Assembly (NCBI GenBank): GCA_963924565.1 | Contig: OZ004614.1 | Span: 3,968,001-4,032,000 of the forward strand | Origin: Ascidiella aspersa | Taxonomy: Eukaryota | Direction: 5' to 3' | DNA length: 64,000 bases | In this document: piece by piece, positions 36,319-49,200 of the stretch | How positions within the stretch are numbered: the first letter of the stretch is position 1 | How the letters are laid out: every line of letters begins with the position of its first letter | The notes under the pieces: generated by a model | Databases searched by the model: none | Seen by the model: only the letters and a program-made list of their open reading frames with translations | What the model was told of the DNA's origin: nothing | Translations under genes and position numbers: made by a program

Positions 36319-39300
36319 TATGTTTTTGTGGACGTCCGAAAGATTTTACTATTGTTGCTTCCCCAATTACCGATCTAAGCTCATATGAACCGTGATGCAG
36401 TGCAGATCGCAAATCATATGAGCCGCAACGAACATTTGTCGAATCATGTAAACCGCAGTTATCATGTGAATCGTTCTCCATATATGCAGAACAGTTCAAA
36501 ACAGGAAACCCTGCGTGGACAAATAAAAACGATTTGCCGCAATTCTAAGCTGCAAAAATAAAGTAGAAAAATCCACAGTTGTGAATTTCCTCCCTTCAAA
36601 AAAAAAATCTTACAACTACTTAACAAGTGTAGTACATTTTTAGACAAATAAACTATTCATAATTTCTTACAAGGGTCGAGTTGCTTCCACATTATTTTCA
36701 ACATGATTTCGTAACTGAATCAAACACATTGCGCAAACAAATGTGAAACACAATCAATAAAATGTAGTTAAACATTATCTAAACGAATCGCTTAACACGC
36801 CGTGTGGAACATTTTGAATGGAAACTCGTACTCTGAAAAGCCAGCCGAGAAATATAAGTTCTAAATGGTTCACAATTCAAATTGTTTGATTTTCATGAAA
36901 AAATGACATTTCACATTCTTTTAAATAGTTGCTCGTGCGTTAATATAAGATGCAACTCGTTCAAAATATTTGCCAGAAAACCGTTTGCAAATTGCAAGCA
37001 AATGTTGAACACTCTAGGCACCAATTTTTTTAGCCTGGTGTGTTGTGTCTCCAAACCGTCCGTGTGTGCAGACCATTTAAACCCTACATTAACAAGGTTT
37101 TATAGTTAGTGGTATTTTACGTCATGGCGAAACTTTCTGCGTTTGGCACCAGCTAAAATGTTACAGTGTCTAGAATTAATTGACAATTCACCTTTAACGG
37201 AATGGTCACTTTAAAGTTGTCACAATCTATATCTGTCCTACCCGGGTATGTATCAGTGTTTCTCGAGCTAGGACTTTTGTGAGTGTTGTTGTAAAATTGG
37301 TAAATAACTGCTGATCTCAATCTTGTCAACGTTAGCGCAGGCTGAAAACACCTTGGCACCAAGTCGAAGTTAGCTTCTCTAAAATCTTCGAAATGTATTG
37401 TCACTGTAAACATGCCTACACTGTGCTGAGGCATACAGACAGTGCTTGTACCAGCATTAGCTCTCCAGTCTACACAAAAAATCGAATATACCTTACTTTG
37501 TTAGAATAATTGCGCCATTCTATGCAGTAGTTTTAACCTCTATGAGCCTAACTGCGGTTGTCGGCCTGAGTGTTTCACATCGTATAAAGTTAAAAATAAA
37601 TATACAACGAGCTGCTTTTTTAGCGTTGCCTTGGTCGATACAAAGTTATTTTTTTAAATGTACATAATTTTGTTTTTGACTCGTGTTTTTTTGGAAGCCG
37701 TTTTTACTCGTATACATCTATGTAACTTAATTTATGTGTATTATATTTATGTATTATGTATATTTTATATTTATGTAGGTCTATATTAAAATTCTCATTA
37801 CATTTTTGGATCTTGATCTAGTGGGTGCTATTTATAGCATTTGCTTTCTACAAAAATTGGGTTTAATGGCTGCCACGATAATTCGGTAAACAACACAGAG
37901 AAACTTTGCTTCGGCGATACGATGTTTCCAACTCTGTTTCTCCTTTTAAAATATCTGCTCTACAATAATTACAAATTGACTCTTGTTGTTAGACGATTTG
38001 GCACATGATATTATTTGGCGATCATATAAGAAACAAATACAGGCGTGCTTATTACAATGGAAAATCAAGTAACTAAAACATTAAGTGTTTTGAAATTGAA
38101 ATGTCGAATTGGTTTCACAATAAGTGCACATATGTTTACCATGCCTTATACTGAGCGATACCCGAAATGTATTCACCGTTTTTCAATTGATTTTTAAGCG
38201 TTCGAATCATCAAAAGAGACCCAATACAAGATTGGTAATACGCGAAAAATGCAAAGTTTCCAGTTTCAACGTTCATGGTTGAATATATTTGGCCTAAACA
38301 GGCAGCTGTAAAACTTTACAAGCAAACACACAATTTGGTGAAAAGAAAGAAATCGAATTCAAGTCCAAATGAGATACGTTAAAGTTGCAACGAAAGAGAA
38401 AATATTGATGCTGATGCTTAATATGGTACCGTGACATTCCAAAATTAAAATTAGATAAATACATTTATTTAAAAGCAAAAATTAGGTATATGAGTGGTGC
38501 CTAATGATGGGTAAGGCCGTAAGGTGGGGTATCGTGCTTCAATTTTCTAGGTCAAACAAATAAATTTGGTCATATCAAAATAGGCTTGAAAAAATCATGT
38601 TTGCTCTAACTTTGTTCCGGTCATACACCTACAATCATAATTGTTTTTGACGTTTTTGAAATCACGTAATATTTCGACCTATTCAGTGAAACTCGAATTG
38701 GCCAACACAAGAGCAATGCGAGTTTTGTTGTAGATATAAAGGCCATTTTTTCGGTGTCGCCAAAAACAACACAATGAAAATGAAAAGAGTAAAACATTAA
38801 AAAGATGCATTGAACGCGAAAGTATATAAACAAAAGAAAAAGAGAATTAAGACACAATTAAAATGGTGGCGCTTTTTGACAAAAGCTTGATTAGAAAAAT
38901 TAATTAAAGTCGAAAAGAAGGAAATACAGTTAATAATAATAAAGGCACATTATCTTGATTTTTTTGTGAAGGTTTTTTAAATAAGGGGAGTAAATAAAGA
39001 TGTGAATAAAAATTATAACAAAAATAGACACGACGAACACGAGTAGTATATTTTTGTTAATAAATTATAATTTAAATTAGTGGCAAAAAATTAACAAAAC
39101 CAATAGATTATTAAGTATGTTGGTAATAAAAATAATTGTATTTAAAAGGTACACTAAACAAATGGATGAATGTTCATAGTCGAGGGTAAAAAAATATCCA
39201 CAAGTATTTAATTTTTGTAAGCTTTCGACTTAAAATTTCGCTATAACGCCCAAAACCCAGTGACTGTAATTAAACCTGTGGACATTAGCCGCTTCCAGTA

Positions 39301-39371
39301 AGATATAGGGTCAATTAGCGAAATTAGTTTAGTAAATACTTGGGTACACTATGCACGGATCTGTAATGTAG

Positions 39372-39479
39372 CTTGATAATAAATTGCAAAGCCAAAAAGG
39401 TCGAGTAGATCGACAGCATCTTGATTAAGACGTTTCGATACTAGCTCGATCCTTTTTGGCTTTGCAATTTATTATCAAG
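39372..39479. repeat. 108-bp imperfect palindrome downstream of the ZIP stop
   Basis: CTTGATAATAAATTGCAAAGCCAAAAAGG ... CCTTTTTGGCTTTGCAATTTATTATCAAG. Confidence 0.85.
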
Positions 39480-40063
39480 TTCAGTAAATGCTTAATTAAA
39501 AACTCAAGTACACAGCGATCAAAATAATAAAAAGGGCACTCTGGGCGCAATGGTGACCTAAACATATTACTTAAGTAACAAATATCCAAAAGATTATATA
39601 GACAAATATAATTCGACGGAAAGCATTAGTAAAACTATGCTTAATCTTTAGCGCATTTTCGTTGATAAACTTAAGGTAAATAGGTGTGACCACAATTATT
39701 ATTGGTTAACTCGTAAAAGAAGCACATTAAACGCCAAAGTTACTTTTTTATTAAAAGATTCTCCGAATTGGTTTAACATTATTATATATAAGGTCACAGG
39801 AAACAAAAATCAAACAAGAAACAGTCTTCATTAGGAACAAAAACCGGACCAATGAAAAATAGCACACGATATAAAAACGTATGTAGAAAAGTTGCTTAAA
39901 TTAGAGTTAAAAAACTCACAGGAAACAATGGAAAACGAAAACTACAAATTAAACCCGTATCAACAGCCAATGCTATAGTGCACGAAATCCTTGGTAGCCG
40001 CTCTTAACGACCACGAAGTGTGCGTTAACTTATATCACATATAGCGCTCTCTGGCGGGGTCTA

Positions 40064-40204
40064 TTATCCCCGGATACTGTCCACTAGCTGGTCCTCGTAG
40101 AGTGACAGCACGAGCATGATCGCCCATCCAAGCACCATTCCGAAGTTCTGCAGGAAAAATTGGAGCACGGGAAAGTGTGAATCATCATCCACCATTTCGT
40201 GAAG
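40064..40204 (-). CDS. ZIP exon 14, TM8 and stop
   Basis: ttccag acceptor; LHEM...[31 protein letters not shown] then TAA TAG. Confidence 0.93.
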   Translation of the reverse strand, partial: LHEMVDDDSHFPVLQFFLQNFGMVLGWAIMLVLSLYEDQLVDSIRG

Positions 40205-43200
40205 CTGGAAATTAAGAGGATATTTTTAAAGCATAATGGTTGGAGGTTGTAGTAAGACGTACTAAGAATATCAAAACCCAAACAGAAGAAGCTACAAATA
40301 TGTTAAAAAACGAATAAAGAGTTATAATGAAGTGTTGCTCTTCCAGCAGTATATACAATAGATCGACGTTTTGACGTGCTATACAGAACGTCTTCATCAG
40401 GATACTCACGTATCGTGTAAAACAGTAAAGAGTTGTTCGAAACGTTCAAAATGTTACCTACTTCTGTATGGTCTTTGCTATTCTTATTAATAGGAGATTA
40501 AAAATGGAATGTTGCGCACTGCTGTGTAGGTTCGGTAACGCATTAAGACCGGTTAGTATCTACAAAATGCCAAGCAATCTTTTCAAAAAAATATTTGTTC
40601 TTATTTCTTTCTTTTCAGAAGAAAAATTAAGATCCCAATGAAATACATTTTTTTCTTGCTAGTTTATTTTTCTTAGGATTATGTAGCCATTTTTCAAACA
40701 ATTTCGATGAAAAGTTTAATCATTGCGCCATTTTTATTATCGGTCTTTATCTTTATTAATTTTGTTAGAACTCTTGGAGTTCAAGCTCATTTTTAAGGCA
40801 TTATTATCGATTGCTGGACACAATACTGAAACAACGCTTTTGAATCTTGTTATTACAATTATTACAAAAGCTTAAAAAGAGCTTTACATTTCACGAAACA
40901 ACAAACAGAAGTTACAAGAAAAATATATACAGGAAAATGGTCGGAAAAGTCGTATCATTTACAGTGCACATTTTTTCGGCAGACTAACCTACAAGTTTAT
41001 GCCGGTGATCTCTTTTTATATTGTCAAATAGTCCAAATCTAAAAACTCACCACATTGACAAGTGCTATGTAGAGGAACATTCCAGCCACAATTGCAAGCA
41101 GCCAAGTACGAATATCACTGTCAGACGAGAGGGCAACTCCAATATAGAGACCGATGAAGGCACAGCAAGCAGCCAAGAAGTTAAGTAGAAGGGCTTTCCA
41201 CTTTGTGAGGTCGTTTCTCATATAGATTGCGAAGTCGCCTGTCGAGAAACACGGAGTTAGCAATAGCGTGAAATTATTCAATGAAAGACACACACACATG
41301 TGTGTTCAACAAGCTGAAACACTTAAAAAAGTAAGGATATACCGAGGACAATAAAATGTAAAAGAAAGATTCTTGTCTTCGTATCGAAAGATCTTGAGCG
41401 TTTTTATTTATTAAAACAGATAAAACATAAAATCATTTCTTAAAGTCTTTCAGAAATATATATTACGCCTATAAGACATTCTGTAGAAAAACAAACATGT
41501 AAAAATGCCAATAATCGTGTGTTCAACAACTGTGATCTAGCCCTTCTGAAGCTGCTTTTTGACAAACGATTACGGCTTACTATCGTCCACTTAAAGCCAT
41601 TGCAGACTTACCGAATCATTCGATTAATTAAGGATATTTGTGCAAGGCGGGCTAGAACAATATCTATCCTATGGTGAGGTTCGAACTCACGACCTCCGGC
41701 CATTCAGGGGCCGTCGCTCTACCAACAGAGCTACACAGGCTCAGAGGGGGGCAAGTCGAGAAACAACCATGACACCGTTAATTTCTGCCTCCTGTTCGTA
41801 AAACTAGCCTGTGGTGACGTTCGAACTCACGACCTCCGGCCATACCGGAACTCCACGTCAAATTATTGATAACTTTCGCTAAATACAATCACCAGTTATT
41901 GCGTTGTATGTCGGTAGGTATTTCACAAGAAATATATATTTTGAATTTGTATTTGCGTATAAATGGCGTTTACCGCACCTAAACAATATTGTTAAGAAAA
42001 TTGGTCAAAGATGTGTTGCATAACTTTTTCTACAAGAAAATCATTGTTTTTTACGATTATTCTAATTCGACATTGGTCGTCTTTACTGTATGTGTCATTT
42101 ACAAAAATACGTCTTGGTCAGTATTTTTTTTGTCGCCAAAATATGGCTACGAAAGACAAAACTAACAAGCAGGCAAGTGGTTAAAAACTAGAGGGCAAGT
42201 CTGAATTATATTTAGTTCTTACGCTTTGAAAAAACATCAACAAGCGAAAGCGGTTTTGTGCGTCCAAAGTTAAATTGTTTGATCACAAAGCACCTATTTC
42301 TAGAAGACACACTTGATGTTCTCACGACAATGTGATCAACAAGCATTGCAAAAATATTCTTACATCGCTGACCGAGCAACAAATTTATACATTACAGGTA
42401 GCTTTGAAAGAAACATTTAACTTGTCGTCAAAGAAACATTAACTTGTCACGGTCGCAAATCTTACTTTCCTAATAGTTTGCAAACGCATTATAACCCCGA
42501 GAAGTCATTGCATACCACTACCAATGACAAGTAAACTACATGTAGAGAAGCAAGAGAACCATAGCTTTAGATATGAAAATTAGAGACTGTATATGGCTTA
42601 CCGAATTCGTGTGGCAGCTCGTGGCAGAAGATAGCAAGCGAAGTTCCAATTCCCTGAACCCATGACGAACTGAAAGCTGCTCCAATGGCGATCCCATCCC
42701 CAAAGTTGTGCAATATGTCGCCGAATAAAACCATTATGCACACCGTGTTCAAACCTATAGAAAAATGAGAGTTTTGATTTAAGTTGACGTGTCAACTAGC
42801 ATCACTTTCTTATTTATGTAAACAAAAAAACCTGCGAATTCTGAGCAACCTAGATTCAATATAGGTGTCAAAACGCCAAAACTACTATTCTAAAATCTCA
42901 AACGATTAGGAATGCCAATATGTATACACACTAAAGTTTAAACTCTTAGGTTAGCAATATGAGTACTGAATAACTCAGAACTGTAAGCTATGCTAAAAAG
43001 ATAATACAAGTATTTAAAAACTCAAACGCATTAAAGATGTCCAAATGCGAATACTAAAACACAAAACACTATTAGATCTACCCGAAGGCTAATGCAAGCA
43101 TTTTAACTCATAGCTCTGAAATTCCTGGTGAACTCAGTATATTTCTCTTTGGATGAGTTAAGGAAGTACTTCATTTAACACAGATAAAGCAACAATGAGG

Positions 43201-46200
43201 ACAAACAGAGAACACACGTCTGCATCAGTGACTGCACAATATTCTTGTAACTTTAAGTTTTCCAAATAAAATAATTGAACTTAAACAAAGAAGACCCAAT
43301 ATTCTCGTAGTTCGAAAGATTTTCGAATGCGCTAAGACAAAATAAATTTATTTAAAAACTTTGGTAAGCATTTCGCAATACACATACTCCAGGTATGTGA
43401 TGCCGCCCAAATCTTAAAAACTTACAATTCAACTTAAAAACTCACCAAAGAAAATCTTGTGATCTTTGTCTGTTCCCCAGTCAATCACGTGATGATCGTG
43501 GTGGATGTGTGAAAGCTTTTCTGGATTCTTATCGGTCACCCCGTTTTCAATCTAACCATATTGAAAGGAAAAACGTATTAAGAATATCAAAGCCTAGACA
43601 GAAGTATGCAAAAAAACATGTTAAAAACCTTTGTACATTATTATCTCTATATTACGATGTATTTGCTGAGTAAGCATTGCAATTTCTGTCATGCTTCCCC
43701 AATTGCTTTAAAACAGGGGTTCCCAACCTGTGGTTCGCGTACCACTAATGGTAAAAGGTTTTCATGTGGTACGCGAGTAGCTACCGTTTTTCACAACTTT
43801 ACACTTTGTTTTCTAAACATAAAAAAAAACTCCCCGAAGCCCATTCTTATTGCTGCGTAACTATTCCTGTAGTTTCGAAACAGTGCGATCTTTAAAATAC
43901 AGGCCATGTCAATTGTCAACAAGGAGCACAGTGCTTTGTAAAGCGTACAACGCTGTGGGACAGCGGGCGTTAATTATGTCAAATAATTGCTCTTGATAGA
44001 TATCAACTACTGTTTTAGAGCTTAAGCCTTAAGCTACAAATAGCGTTGAATAATGCTAGTTGTAAGCTAAAAATAGGGTTCGAAGTGGTACGCGTGACGC
44101 TGCAGAGCGTCCAAGTGGTACGAGATCGTTAAAAGCTTGGGAACCCCTGCGTTAAAACATACAAATGGCAAATGATTCTCGGCACATTAAACGAAATCAA
44201 TGAACCTTGGAAACTGTGGCTTCCCCATTGGTTTTCGGGGCATCTCCATTTTCGCTGACGTCGGAAAACTTGGTCACACGTTCATCCATGCTCTTCAGGT
44301 TGTCGTGTTTGAGAACCTGTCTCTTCTGCAAAAAAATGATAATTTTAAACGGACATCGACCAAAATCGAATTTAGATTAAACGTGTTGAACGTTAAACAA
44401 GTACATTTTATGAAACATGTTTTTGCCAATAGAATGCACAGAAGGTTAACTCAAGGTTAATGGCGTAATTTGTGGCGTTATTACAGTAGGCGTAATAAAA
44501 GAATGTTGAAAGTAAAATTACCGTATTTTACGGACCATAAGGCGCACCCGATTATAAGGCGCACTGTCAATAAATTGCTTTGATTAAATTTTTGTTTATA
44601 CATAAGGCGCATGATCAATTTATCCAAATCGCCCAGGCATCCGCAACAAGCTGAGGCCTCCACAAAAAGCCGAGACCAGCCGCGTGGTAAACCGCTTCGC
44701 TCTTTCTCCTACTCCTCCCACTTTTTCTCCGCGCTCCTCTTTTACGTCCATCAGTACTGGTTTTGAGTGTAGGCAATAAAGCATCACTGTACTTAATCCA
44801 TACTATTGGTGCACCGGCTTATAAGGCGCACGATCAATTTATGAGGGAAAAAAGGATTTAAATTGCGCCTTATGGTTCGTAAAATACGATACGTAAAAAT
44901 CAGATACATAAGGTCCAAGCAAAATACAAAACCAAATTTTGCGCATAACGCGTTTCGACGAATAATAATAAGTCTTTAAAATAAAGAACGGAACGATTGC
45001 ACGTCAAAATCGATGAAAGACCAAACAAGGCCAAAATCACTGGTGTTTATTATATTGAGTGTTGCGTTCGGCTGATGTGGGGCTTTCCATAACCAACGTC
45101 ATCAAAACTAATTTAAATTATATCGCCCTTTTCAAGGAAAGTTTTAGATTCGTGCCAACTTTCATAATCGTGCTTCCTAAAGTAAGACTAATTTGAGAAA
45201 TTTTTTCCGCAACGTGATTACTTGCAAGTTTCAATTTAAGGGGCATTGAACGGTAAATAAAAAATACTTTGAATGGAATAAAGCTAAACTATTTTTCAAA
45301 CATAAAACTAAGAAATAAAACAATACTTTTAGCTTGGTCTGTTGCCGTATTAATATATTAACCTTAACCAACTAAGGATGTTCAACTTTGCAATCCGGAT
45401 AATGGTCTCAATTAAAGTAAAAATTCCTCTAATGGTATTGTAAAGTCTATAAATAAACAAGGCAAATTTAATTTCATCATTTGCCATTTTAGTCGCAAAA
45501 ACTCAAAAGGCCTTATTAATTTATGAGCATAATGGTTTAAGGTTATAGTAAGACGTATTAAGAATATCAAAGCCCATACAGAATTAGATGTTGAAAATGA
45601 ATAAAGAGTTATTCGGAAGGTCCAAAATGATACCTACTTCTGTATGGGCTTTGATATTCTAATTACGCCTTATTGATTATTTTTAAAGTGCAAAAGTTTG
45701 CAATAGAGGTTTTACCTTGCGGCTGTTGACGAAGACCTTGATGGCGTTCTCGAAGATAAATAGCATCCAGATGCCAGCCACAACCACCAGTAGCTTCCAA
45801 ACGTAACTTTTGTCCTCATTCTCATGATCGTGAGCCGCTCCCGCCTCGTGATTGTGAAGTCCCACGATCTGACGAATCAAAACACTTGTATTCACTCACT
45901 TTGCGCGATTGTTTCGGTCTAAAACTTGGGCGAGTCCGTTAATTTGAAAATTTTGCCATTGTTCGTTGTCTTACCACAAGAACAGCAAAATAGTTTCCCC
46001 ATTGAAGAAACTACTGAAGGTTTTTGAAATGTCTACTAGAACGGTTTACCGTGTCACAACTTACCAGCATATTATTTACATAAATATACTTTAGTGTGCA
46101 ATACTAAATAAAAAAAAATTTGAACTTCAGCAAAGGACCAATTCCATAGCAGGGATCGCATCAAACAACGTACCCATAATAAATGACAAAAATGGCTTAA

Positions 46201-49200
46201 CATATATAAAAGTGTGTAACTCAGCCAAGGGACCATTTCGATATCAGGGATCGCATCAAACAACGAGCCCACAACTCGAAAATTGACAAAACAGTTGAAA
46301 AAGTTGGCTTTGCAATTTATTATCAAGTTGAAAAAGTATTTGGCTAACATTTTTATTTGGCGCTTGCATTTCTATTTAGCGCCTGCAGATGTACAACAAT
46401 GCATTCGCCGAGATCACTCAGCGTCATACATCATATTCTATGTGAGAAGTATATTGATTGATAGTTGAAGTTCATTTGTTCTTTGATATACAAGGGAACA
46501 AGACAAATGTTATTAAAGTAGGATATTAAAACTGTCTAAAGTTGACATATCTTTGCAAAGTTCATCGTAGTTTGAATTGCAAAGAAACCACTCGGTAGTG
46601 ACCTAACACAAACACAAACAACATAAACTAGTCTGTTAAAAAAGTACTTGGCCCAGGACTTCAGTCCAAGCTGCAAAGCTTACGGTTAGCCGTACCACAA
46701 CTTACCAGCGAATATTCTAACTCGACTTTAGTATCTAATATAAAAATGTTCATCTCAAACAAAGGACCACTTCCAGAGCAGGGATCGCATCAAACAACGA
46801 TCTCACAATTCGAACGATAATTCAAAAAAGTGGAAAATATATTTTAAGCTCCTCTGCAAATCTACAGCGATGCAATCGATAACATGCACAATCAGATACA
46901 CATAAAACCCACATAGAATGGTTATCAGTTGAAGTTCACTTCCACATTTATCCGTTGATATACAAGGGAACAAAGATTAACCAAATATTTCTGATGAAGA
47001 ATATTGGAACTGTCAAAAGTTGACATATATTTGTAAAGTTTATCTTGGTTTTAATTGTAGAAAAACTACTCAGTAATAACTTAACACAAACACGAACAAC
47101 ATATACGAGTCTGTTTTAAAAGTACTTGGCCCGGCACAAAATTCGAAAGTTGTCAAGCTGCAAAGCGCTCACGGTTATCCTTGTCACAACTGCTAAATAG
47201 GTTTAGTATGGTATATCTATAAAAATGCTCATAATTATTAAACAAAGGACCACTTCCATAGCAAGGATCGCATCAAACAACGTGCCCACAACTCAAACTA
47301 TAAATTACAAATGTTGGAAAGGTGTGAAGCTGTAAAGCGCTCAATATAGTAAGAATCAACCCACGAGCCCATCGTTTGAACGATAAATGACAAAAAGTTG
47401 GAAAGCTATTTGGTTGCATTAAAGCAAGGGTCTCAAACACGCGGCCCGCGGGCCGCATGCGGCCCGCGAGAACATTTTGTGCGGCCCGTGTCGAAATTTT
47501 GGATTTTCAAGTATTTGACAATACTCAAGTGCCACATATCTTTTTTCAGTTTTGAAAAGTTAAAATTCCCTCTAAAAATGACCCAAAAAACTGAAACTAA
47601 TCATCAAACTTCACCATCTCTCCATTAAACGTTAACATTATGCGGTGAAAGATCTGCTATTACGTCACATTGCCTATTCACATATGTAAAGTTGTCACAA
47701 TAACGTTGGAAATTGCGCCGGTCAAATGTTAGTCAAAATGGTCATAATGTTCAAATTGATTGTCGAAGTATAGGCTAGCCTAGTATTGAATTTACTATAG
47801 TTTTAAAAGCTAAATTAACCTTGTCTTCTGCTTCGAAAATGAGTAAAATCACAGACGAAAACAAAGTTTTTTAAGATAAAAGTAGGAGGAGTTATATTTT
47901 GTCACCGCGGTCAGAGATACTAGTCATTGCCTTATTTGCCAGCAAAAAATAACTGTGGTGAAGGAGTACAGTAAAACATGTGTCGGCACTTCGAAACAAT
48001 GCACCGCGATAAATATGATGCTTACCAGGGCAAAGTAAGAGACAGAGACAACTAAAACCAGCATTTTGCAAACAAAGAGGTTTCTTGGCCAATATTAAGC
48101 AGTCCACATCTGCAAGCAACTCTAAGATTGGTTTCTGCTGACAAGTTGAAGCCCAATATCGAGGTCCTTGTCCATGAAAAACGCTGCCAGTAAAGTAGCC
48201 AGAACAAACAAAAAACTAGCCTAAATCATCAGCCTACTTATGTTTATCTTTTATTTTGTTCTTGTTGGTTGACATTTCATTGTAAATTGCGGCCCTTGGG
48301 CATTTTGCATGTCCTCATTTGGCCCTCAGAGCAATTTGAGTTTGAGACCCTTGCATTAAAGCATCTGCAGATCTGCAACGATACACTCGCCAAGAAAACA
48401 TGCACATTCAGCTACACATACATCACACATAGAATGGGTATTAACTGTAGTCCATTACAACACGGTTAGCCGTGCCACAACTCCTTAATAGGCTTTAGTA
48501 TGGTATATTACTACATAAATGACCCAAATAAGGGATCACTTCCATAGCAGGGATCGCACCAAACAACATATCCATAACTCGAACAATATATGGCAAAACG
48601 TTAGAAAGCTATTTAGCTGTATTAAAGCGCGAGTGACCATTTGAAAGCATATGATCGTGGCATCTAACATGCCCACAACTCGAAAGATAAATAACAAAAC
48701 AGTAGGAAAGGGATTTGATGGCTGAATTAAAGCGCTTACCTCCGGAATAATGTGAAGGATTGAATCTCCTGAGAGTGTTCCGACACCCAGAGCGATGAAG
48801 AACTGCATGACCAGCTTGAATCCCACTGAGGATAGGACCGGGAAAAATAGGATGCCCACAAAAGCGAGGAGACTGATCAGAGCAACCGACGCTGTTCCGT
48901 AACCGTACTCTGTAAAAGAACAATAGGGATTTGTCGTTAACGTACAAACATGCCTTTTCCCTAACAGAAATCATGAAGCTATTGTTCCGTAAACGTATTC
49001 TGCAAAAGAACAATAGGTAGTTTTTATTATTAAAAACACACCATTCCCCAAATACAAACATGCCTTTTCCCTTAAATCATGAAACTATTGTTCGGTGACC
49101 GTACTCTATACACAAGCGGATTTTTCAGTAATTTGTTTAATAAAATCATTAAAATGCATTGAAAAGAATATGCTTCGCCCGATATAATTTAATAGTCAAT

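Noticed and set aside
35974-36395. Repetitive ORFs (AQQKNQNFSL..., KILIFLLRQA...)
   Set aside because: Translations of the 30-bp minisatellite; homopolymer length changes shift the frames.
41667-41740. Functional tRNA-Ser(TGA)
   Set aside because: Lacks U33 and the long variable arm, has an extra base before the anticodon stem and a terminal mismatch.
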